A DNA stretch of 16,496 nucleotides from an uncultured archaeon (GTDB lineage: Archaea > Thermoplasmatota > Penumbrarchaeia > JASLWR01), in contig CAYFHS010000033.1 in the NCBI GenBank assembly GCA_964342815.1, forward strand, positions 1 through 16,496, read 5' to 3'. This document shows, one piece after another, positions 7,812-14,266 of the stretch. Made by a program: the position numbers and the translations under genes. Below the pieces are notes generated by a model that saw only the letters and a program-made list of their open reading frames with translations, was not told the DNA's origin and did not search any database. The stretch's first letter is position 1. Each line of letters opens with the position of its first letter.

Positions 7812-7816
7812 GAGGT
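7812..7816 (+). promoter_or_regulatory. Ribosome-binding site supporting a start at 7823
   Basis: GAGGT lies 6 nt before ATG 7823. The ORF-track start at 7760 is a GTG without a comparable motif. Confidence 0.55.
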
Positions 7817-7822
7817 CAACGG

Positions 7823-9520
7823 ATGAAACCGGATTTTAACTGGAAGTTCATTGTGATAATCGAAATCATCGGGATAATTGTAATAGGCGTAGGTATCTTT
7901 CGGAGTGGAATCACAGGTGGCGTCATTGCAGGAATCGGAGCACTTTTTTTGCTGGTTTCAACCATCAGGCATTTTTCGGAGATCGCTCTTGCCGGCTTGG
8001 TAATCGGTGCGGTCTTTGGTGGAATAGTGACCTATCTCCTGGGTAATACCGCCGATCTATTCACAGGGATGTTCTCGGGCGGCATGCTGGGTTACATTAT
8101 TTGCGGCAACATTTTTTGGAGCTTAAATATCCGTAACCGTGATGAAATAGTAGCGTCTTTCAGCGAGATCAGGTCAACAGTGAATAGTAGGATGAAGGAA
8201 ACCGAACGGATGATCGATGAAGTTGGAAAGTACGGAATAAGCCCCACCATCTACCAAAAAACACTTTCCCATCAAAAGGGACTCGTAAAGAATATCCACT
8301 GCAATGAGAAAATGGTAAAATCCTTAAAAAAAGCGATCCTCCTCTATAATGATGTCAATGAGAGTCTGGATGAGCTTACAAGTCAAATAACTCAGCGCAG
8401 GGACCTAGCGCAGAGAGCATACAGGCCATCGGACTCGGACAAAAAGAAAAAGGGTGAATCACCTTACGTTAAGGGTTCCAAATGGACCGTGGAAAAACCG
8501 GGTTACGAAATACGTGATAGCGTCACTGGAGCCACCATCGAGAAATCGGAAGACGCCCCATCTCCTACGAAGAAAGAAGAGATGCAAAAAAAGGAAAACA
8601 GCACCGAACTCGCACCTTACAGGTCTGCAAGAGAGGCCAGCATCGCACCATCAAGATCATATATTGAATATATTCCCCCGCCTCAATATAAACCCGCTCC
8701 ATCATTTATCCGAAATGCGCTGCCAAATTATAATATAACGGACCAGGTTCATTCCGGGACAAATGCGGACATTTACCAGGCTACCGATTCCACTGGAAGA
8801 AGAGTCTCCATAAACGTGCCGCAATTCAAGAAAGGTGTCTCATTCAACCAGGCGACCCGGGAAAAATTTGTCGCCAGAACAAATGGGTGGAAGGAACTAA
8901 AGCACGATAATATCGTTGAGGTCTATGAAAGCGAGGCTCGAATACTTCCACACGTTGTAACCGAACCCTTGGACGGGGGAAACTTGAGCAATTTGATGGA
9001 TAAACACAAGTTGACCATGGAAGAATCTATCCATATCATGAACAAGGTGCTTCACGGAATATCCTATGCGCACGAAAAAGGAGTGGTCCACCGGAATCTT
9101 AATCCCGAAAATATCTTCCTCACGAAAGCAGGAGCCCCGAAGATAGGGGATTGGGGGATCGGAAAGGTCATGGCCTCGGGTATGAGTGGAATGGGTTCCA
9201 ATAACATGTATGCATATTCGGCACCCGAGGAGTTCGACAAAAAGGAGTTCGGAAAGATCGAAAGAAGGACCGACATATTTCAACTTGGAATCCTGTTCTA
9301 CGAGATGTTAACAGGAACGAATCCCTTTCAGGATGCAATCGCTGTTGGCAGTATCGGAAGCATACTCAAGAAAAACCCTAAACCGCCCAGCAGCATTAAT
9401 CCAGACATTCCTCCCGAGATAGACGAAATGATACTCAGGGCACTTGAAAAGAGCAAGAACCAGCGTTGGGAAAGCACGGATGACATGTACAAGATCATCA
9501 GCAGTATTATCGGACAATAA
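7823..9520 (+). CDS. Membrane-anchored Hanks-type (Pkn2-like) Ser/Thr kinase-fold protein, probable pseudokinase
   Basis: Gly-rich multi-TM N-terminus, a helical/coiled region, then a kinase domain from about 8729 (HDNIVEVY, EPLDGGNL, HxxLxPENI, KIGDWG, YSAPEE, DIFQLG..FYEMLTG..PF, R in KNQRW). Catalytic motifs read VSINVP and HRNLNPEN. The ORF can be extended to GTG 7760. Confidence 0.9.
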   Translation: MKPDFNWKFIVIIEIIGIIVIGVGIFRSGITGGVIAGIGALFLLVSTIRHFSEIALAGLVIGAVFGGIVTYLLGNTADLFTGMFSGGMLGYIICGNIFWSLNIRNRDEIVASFSEIRSTVNSRMKETERMIDEVGKYGISPTIYQKTLSHQKGLVKNIHCNEKMVKSLKKAILLYNDVNESLDELTSQITQRRDLAQRAYRPSDSDKKKKGESPYVKGSKWTVEKPGYEIRDSVTGATIEKSEDAPSPTKKEEMQKKENSTELAPYRSAREASIAPSRSYIEYIPPPQYKPAPSFIRNALPNYNITDQVHSGTNADIYQATDSTGRRVSINVPQFKKGVSFNQATREKFVARTNGWKELKHDNIVEVYESEARILPHVVTEPLDGGNLSNLMDKHKLTMEESIHIMNKVLHGISYAHEKGVVHRNLNPENIFLTKAGAPKIGDWGIGKVMASGMSGMGSNNMYAYSAPEEFDKKEFGKIERRTDIFQLGILFYEMLTGTNPFQDAIAVGSIGSILKKNPKPPSSINPDIPPEIDEMILRALEKSKNQRWESTDDMYKIISSIIGQ

Positions 9521-9699
9521 ATAATTGATAATAATTGATCTTAAATAAATTAAAACGAATCAAATTATTATTAATTCTAGTTCAAAACGATATAAAATTA
9601 ATGAAAAATGTGCTGTTTTACCAAGGGGAAACAATAAATATAAAAAAGATATTATCAACGATAATCTTTTAGTTTTAGCTTTAACAAGCGGGATGCACG

Positions 9700-10506
9700 A
9701 TGCCCTCCGACATGAAGAATTTCATCGATCCAGTAAAGGATTTGCGGGAAGATGAAAATATAAAATCGATTCACAAATTGAATGAGGAAATTCAGGTTAA
9801 AGGAAAAAAAATTGTTTACAACCCGGCTAATAAATACAATATACGAATCATTACAGAGAAAGATGAACCCGAGTCCATCATTGCCGATGCTTTGAAAAAT
9901 GGGGCCACGGATGACGGGCAGATAGTAAAATGGGCATATGATCGCGGGGGGGAATCCATCCTGATTTCATCCATAAAAAGATTACTTCGATCCATGGAAT
10001 GCAGCTCCAAGATCGGCTGTCCTCACAAACACGACAGGATGAATTTCATAAACGTCATGACCTCTTGTATGGGTAGGATCGGTGGCTGTTCATTCCTGAA
10101 TTACGACCTATCGCCTTACTACGACAGATGGAAGAAAAACCGCGATAGGCAGTACGGTGATTCCATAGGAAACAGGGTGGTGGTGGAGGGGAAGATATCC
10201 AAGATCAAGGAGGTTTCAAGGTTCCGGAACGATAAATTCATCCACATACATCTCTTTGATACAAAACTTAGAACAAAAGATGCTGCGGCCGCTGGAAAAG
10301 GAAGATATACAAGGGACCTGTGGGTGGAAATTCCCAAGAACACAATGGTGAAATTCGACATGTCCTGCCATTTCTGCCTTGAAGATACTATCTCGGTCAC
10401 TGGAATAATAGAATTCCATAAATACTTCGGGGATTACTGGTTGGGCGATGTGGCATATATGGAAGCGGTTCGTAGGAGAGGGGGGGCGCCGGCGATGAAG
10501 TACTGA
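9700..10506 (+). CDS. Hypothetical protein with a Cys-rich motif and a probable C-terminal OB fold
   Basis: 268 aa ORF filling the space between AT-rich intergenic tracts. C101-x5-C107-x15-C123-x6-C130 and C223HFC226. The C-terminal pattern RVVVEGKISKI...IHLFD...LWVEI...DTISVTGII resembles OB folds. Confidence 0.72.
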   Translation: MPSDMKNFIDPVKDLREDENIKSIHKLNEEIQVKGKKIVYNPANKYNIRIITEKDEPESIIADALKNGATDDGQIVKWAYDRGGESILISSIKRLLRSMECSSKIGCPHKHDRMNFINVMTSCMGRIGGCSFLNYDLSPYYDRWKKNRDRQYGDSIGNRVVVEGKISKIKEVSRFRNDKFIHIHLFDTKLRTKDAAAAGKGRYTRDLWVEIPKNTMVKFDMSCHFCLEDTISVTGIIEFHKYFGDYWLGDVAYMEAVRRRGGAPAMKY

Positions 10507-10655
10507 AACTGCAGGGGGATCATAACGCTGACGAGCGTCCTCGGAATCGTAAAATACTTTATCGAGCGGCCCATTAACCTTTCTCCAGGATTCCTGTTAT
10601 GTAATAATTACTTTTCAACAAAAGGATTGAATCAAAGCTTCATAAAGGGGATGGA

Positions 10656-12188
10656 ATGAAAGATTTCATCGAATTGGACGGGTCATCGCTGACCATTGAG
10701 GATTTTATTGATATAGCCAGGCGCGGTAAAAGGGTAAAGTTAAGTGAAGAGAGCTTGCAGAAGGTGGAAAAGAGCCGGGAAGTGGTGGAAAGGGTAATCA
10801 GTGAGAATAAACCAGTTTACGGTATCAATACCGGTTTCGGTGACCTGGCGAAAGTAGGGGTCGAAGCCGGTTCACTGGAACAATTGCAGGACAATCTCAT
10901 TCTCTCCCACTGTGCCGGTGTGGGCGAGCCCATCAACGAGGAAGAGAGCAGGGGGATGATGGCGCTGCGGATCAATACCCTTGCCAAAGGTTATTCGGGT
11001 ATCAGGGCGAATACCCTTTCAACCCTGGTGGAGATGCTGAACCGCGGCATAATACCGATCATCCCCTCGAAAGGTTCACTGGGTGCCAGTGGTGACCTGA
11101 TTCCATTGGCCCATATGGCAAACGCTCTGTTTGGAAGAGGGGAGTGCCGTTACAAGGGTGAATTCGCCACCGTGAAATATGCGTTTGAAAATGAGAAATT
11201 GAGTCCCGTGGTCCTTGCGGCAAAGGAAGGGCTCGCTCTTATAAATGGAACCCAATTCATGTGTTCCCTGGGTGCGATCTCCTGCTTTGATGTGGACAAT
11301 CTTCTCAAGAACGCGCAGATCGTAGGAGCAATGGCCGTGGAAGCACTAATGGCGACCGATAAATTCGTGTCTGAAAAGGTTCACCTCCTGAGACCTCATA
11401 CTGGTCAGATGGCTGTTGCCGAAAACCTGCGAAAACTCGTGGCGGGCAGTGAGATAATTGCATCGCATATGGATTGTGACACTGTACAGGATGCATACAC
11501 TTTGAGATGCGTTCCGCAAATATTAGGCGCCTCCGCTGACGTGCTGGCACATGTACGGGAAAAAATAACTATCGAGATGAATTCCACTACGGACAATCCA
11601 ATAGTATTTCCCGATTCGGGGGATGTCGTATCCCAGGGTAATTTTCATGGACAGCCCATAGCAATGCCTCTCGATTATCTTGGGATCGGCACGGCGGAAA
11701 TGGGAGATTGGTGTGAGCGTTTGACGTTCAGGATGCTTTCTTCCAGCCTTTCGGGACTGCCTCCTTTCCTCGTGAGGGAAAGCGGGTTGAACTGCGGACT
11801 TATGCTCTCCCAGTATACGGGAGCCGCTCTTGTTGCTGAGAACCGTATATTGTGCCACCCGGCATCTGTGGACTCAATATCCTCCTCTGCCGGCCAGGAG
11901 GACCACGTGTCAATGGGTGCAACGGCAGCACTAAAATTAAGACAGATAATCGAGAATACGGGATATATACTCGCCATTGGAATGCTGTGTGCTAGCCAGG
12001 CCCTGGATTTCAGGAACGGTACCAAGGCCGGAAGGGGAACCCGGGCCGCCTACGAGGCAGTAAGGGAAAGAATATCCCCACTGGAACAGGACCGCTACAT
12101 AAAGGACGACATAGACATCCTTTTTAACATGGTGCGCTCAGGAGAGATAGTGGACAGGGTGGAAACCGCGGTGGGAGAATTGATGTGA
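10656..12188 (+). CDS. hutH: Histidine ammonia-lyase
   Basis: VYGINTGFG, LILSHC (Ser-His specificity pair typical of HAL), GSLGASGDL (MIO-forming ASG), KEGLALINGTQ, QDAYTLRC.PQ, NSTTDNP, GNFHGQP and SAGQEDHVSMG. Confidence 0.96.
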   Translation: MKDFIELDGSSLTIEDFIDIARRGKRVKLSEESLQKVEKSREVVERVISENKPVYGINTGFGDLAKVGVEAGSLEQLQDNLILSHCAGVGEPINEEESRGMMALRINTLAKGYSGIRANTLSTLVEMLNRGIIPIIPSKGSLGASGDLIPLAHMANALFGRGECRYKGEFATVKYAFENEKLSPVVLAAKEGLALINGTQFMCSLGAISCFDVDNLLKNAQIVGAMAVEALMATDKFVSEKVHLLRPHTGQMAVAENLRKLVAGSEIIASHMDCDTVQDAYTLRCVPQILGASADVLAHVREKITIEMNSTTDNPIVFPDSGDVVSQGNFHGQPIAMPLDYLGIGTAEMGDWCERLTFRMLSSSLSGLPPFLVRESGLNCGLMLSQYTGAALVAENRILCHPASVDSISSSAGQEDHVSMGATAALKLRQIIENTGYILAIGMLCASQALDFRNGTKAGRGTRAAYEAVRERISPLEQDRYIKDDIDILFNMVRSGEIVDRVETAVGELM

Positions 12189-12251
12189 ACGAGAAGAAGT
12201 TTACAATTAAAATATGACAAAAATGGGTGGGGTTTTTAGACAGGTGTAAAA

Positions 12252-14066
12252 ATGGCAGAAACAGCGATGACGACAGCGGATATCAACAAGGCGATATCCC
12301 AAAGGAGCACGGAAAGCAGGGTAATAAGGATCGGAGGTTTAACGGGACAGGATGCAGTGGCCGTTGGTATCGATGAAGATCTGGAATTGCAGGTGATCGG
12401 CGCAGCGGGTGATTTTTTCTGTGCGCTCAATGCGAAAGCTGTCATAACTCTCGAAGGCAACGCGGGCAATTACGCAGGGGACAATATAACTGGCGGCGGG
12501 TTGATAATAAACGGTAATGCCGGAAAGGGAGCCGGAGCAAACCTTGGACACGGTATCGTGGTTATCAAGGGAAATGCGGGGAATTCTCTCGGTATAGGAA
12601 ATCGAAGCGGAACCATTATCGTGAAAAAAAATGCTGGTAACGATACGGGACTCCTTCAAAGTGACGGTTACATCATAATTTGCGGGAATGTCAAAAAAAG
12701 ACTAGGCCATCTTATGAGTGGGGGGGCTATCTTCCTTGGCGGCAAGGCCGAATCCCTTGGTGACAATGTAAAAGTTCTGAGCCTCAACGATGTCGATAAA
12801 AAGCGGTTGAAAATATATTTCGAGCACTACGGTATTGAGCGTGATCCTGACACTTTTAAAAAGATCATGGCGAGAGACGAGAACGCCATTCCCCTTCTTA
12901 CTCCAAGAATGGTCAAGGCAGACAATGAGGGGGCTCTGAGTAACATAGTAAATCCTCCTGCCGTCCTGTATTCACCGGCTTCCATGGACTTCGATTACGC
13001 GTCCGGGCAGGATGCCACTGTGGTAAATATCGGTAAGGGACGGGTGAAAGAGCCATTATCGCTACCGGTTCCCATAATCATGGATACTCCCCTTGAAGGG
13101 ATCGTCCGTGTCGGGATAAAGGAGCAATTTTCTCGCCTTTCCACAAAGCTGGGAATTCCGTACATTCACGGTGCGGGTAATTACAGTACCGCTGAAATCG
13201 AGGAGACCGGCAAGGGTGCCAAGATGATCTCGTGCTGGACACCGGGGCGGGAAGCCATGTCCGCAAAAATGCTCAAGGCTTCCTCGGCAGTTATTGTGGA
13301 TATCAGCTCGGGAATGGACACCATGATCGGTGCGGGATATTATTCTCCTGAGAGCGAAGAAACAAACACAACCGACGGATCGAGTTCCAGATGGCTCGTC
13401 CCCCAAAGGCACCTTGACATGGAATCCGTAAATGACTTGAAAAAACACCTTCTTTTAATAAGGGAAATCACCGGGTACAGGATACCTGTGATCATCAGAA
13501 TGGAAGCGGGTCATATTTACCAAGACCTGAAACTGGCCTTGAAGGCTGGGGCGGATTCAGTGATTCTACGCGAGGCAGGCGTTTTCAGGAAAATTGATCA
13601 ACTTATGCGAAATAGCTATCCCGTAATGGGTATTTTTCCAGTAATACGGAAGGTCAAGAGAGAATTGAGCTTAAAAGATGACATAACTATAGGGATAGAA
13701 ATGAAATATCGTGGTCCGGATCTGGCAAAGACCATTGCTTTGGGAGCGGATTATACCGTCCTTCCAACCGCAGATATCATTGGATGTCACGAATGCATAA
13801 ACTGCAATTCCGGCAAAATCTGCCAGGGCCTTTCCCACATCATACCGGGCTCCAAAACTGGATATGGTGAAATAACCCTCAAGGCTCTTGAAAACGAAAT
13901 AAGAAAATTGGAATCTGAACTAAGAAAAGAGCTGATTTCACAGTCATTGTCTTCTGTGAGCGGATTATCACACCGCCTGCTCTATACTTCGGATTATAAT
14001 ACGGCTGCGTTGACGGGGATTAAGCTTGCCGGTTACGGAAGAAAGCTGCCGATGTGGTCCCATTAA
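12252..14066 (+). CDS. Fusion of a GXGXG (GltB-C/FwdC/GlxC-like) beta-helix and a degenerate glutamate-synthase FMN-binding barrel (GltB2/GlxD-like)
   Basis: N-terminal repeats GAAGDFFCALN, GNAGNYAGDN, GNAGKGAG, GNAGNSLG and GNDTGLL, then GGAIFLGG. C-terminal remnants of the GltS barrel: PQRHLD..SVNDL, PVIIR, AGAD, DLAKTIALGAD, GCHECINCNSGKIC. AGGTG RBS upstream. Confidence 0.85.
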   Translation: MAETAMTTADINKAISQRSTESRVIRIGGLTGQDAVAVGIDEDLELQVIGAAGDFFCALNAKAVITLEGNAGNYAGDNITGGGLIINGNAGKGAGANLGHGIVVIKGNAGNSLGIGNRSGTIIVKKNAGNDTGLLQSDGYIIICGNVKKRLGHLMSGGAIFLGGKAESLGDNVKVLSLNDVDKKRLKIYFEHYGIERDPDTFKKIMARDENAIPLLTPRMVKADNEGALSNIVNPPAVLYSPASMDFDYASGQDATVVNIGKGRVKEPLSLPVPIIMDTPLEGIVRVGIKEQFSRLSTKLGIPYIHGAGNYSTAEIEETGKGAKMISCWTPGREAMSAKMLKASSAVIVDISSGMDTMIGAGYYSPESEETNTTDGSSSRWLVPQRHLDMESVNDLKKHLLLIREITGYRIPVIIRMEAGHIYQDLKLALKAGADSVILREAGVFRKIDQLMRNSYPVMGIFPVIRKVKRELSLKDDITIGIEMKYRGPDLAKTIALGADYTVLPTADIIGCHECINCNSGKICQGLSHIIPGSKTGYGEITLKALENEIRKLESELRKELISQSLSSVSGLSHRLLYTSDYNTAALTGIKLAGYGRKLPMWSH

Positions 14067-14075
14067 CGATGCGTG

Positions 14076-14099
14076 TCGTCTTTCATTTTTTTAAGACGA
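14076..14099 (+). terminator. Candidate terminator after the hutH-GltS-like pair
   Basis: TCGTCTT (14076-14082) pairs with AAGACGA (14093-14099) around a loop containing a T7 run, starting 10 nt after the stop codon. Confidence 0.45.
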
Positions 14100-14197
14100 G
14101 TTGTTTTGTATTCTAATCAGGTTTTCGAGTTGATGACAGTACCACTATAACTTTTAAATAAATTAAGATGCTTACAACTACATTATTACTTGTCGGA

Positions 14198-14259
14198 TTT
14201 ATATATCCAATGGACAATGTGAAAACTTTAGTAACCTTTGAATGGACAATAAAAAGGAG
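14198..14259 (+). promoter_or_regulatory. Promoter and RBS of the surface-protein gene
   Basis: TTTATATA at 14198-14205, AATGGACAAT direct repeats at 14209-14218 and 14241-14250, and AAGGAG at 14254-14259, 7 nt before ATG 14267. Confidence 0.65.
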
Positions 14260-14266
14260 AATTAAC

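Noticed and set aside
2950-9103. RNA editing or recoding restoring the Asn-substituted catalytic residues (H->N, K->N, D->N, K->N)
   Set aside because: Only AAT->GAT fits A-to-I editing; the others need different changes. Asn codons behave normally elsewhere (PEN, DNP, sequons), so neither editing nor an altered genetic code is supported.
10656-12188. Phenylalanine/tyrosine ammonia-lyase or aminomutase instead of HutH
   Set aside because: The specificity position reads Ser-His (LILSHC), as in histidine ammonia-lyases.
12252-12900. Formylmethanofuran dehydrogenase subunit C (fwdC)
   Set aside because: It shares the GXGXG fold but is fused to a GltS-type barrel, and no other fwd/fmd genes are nearby.
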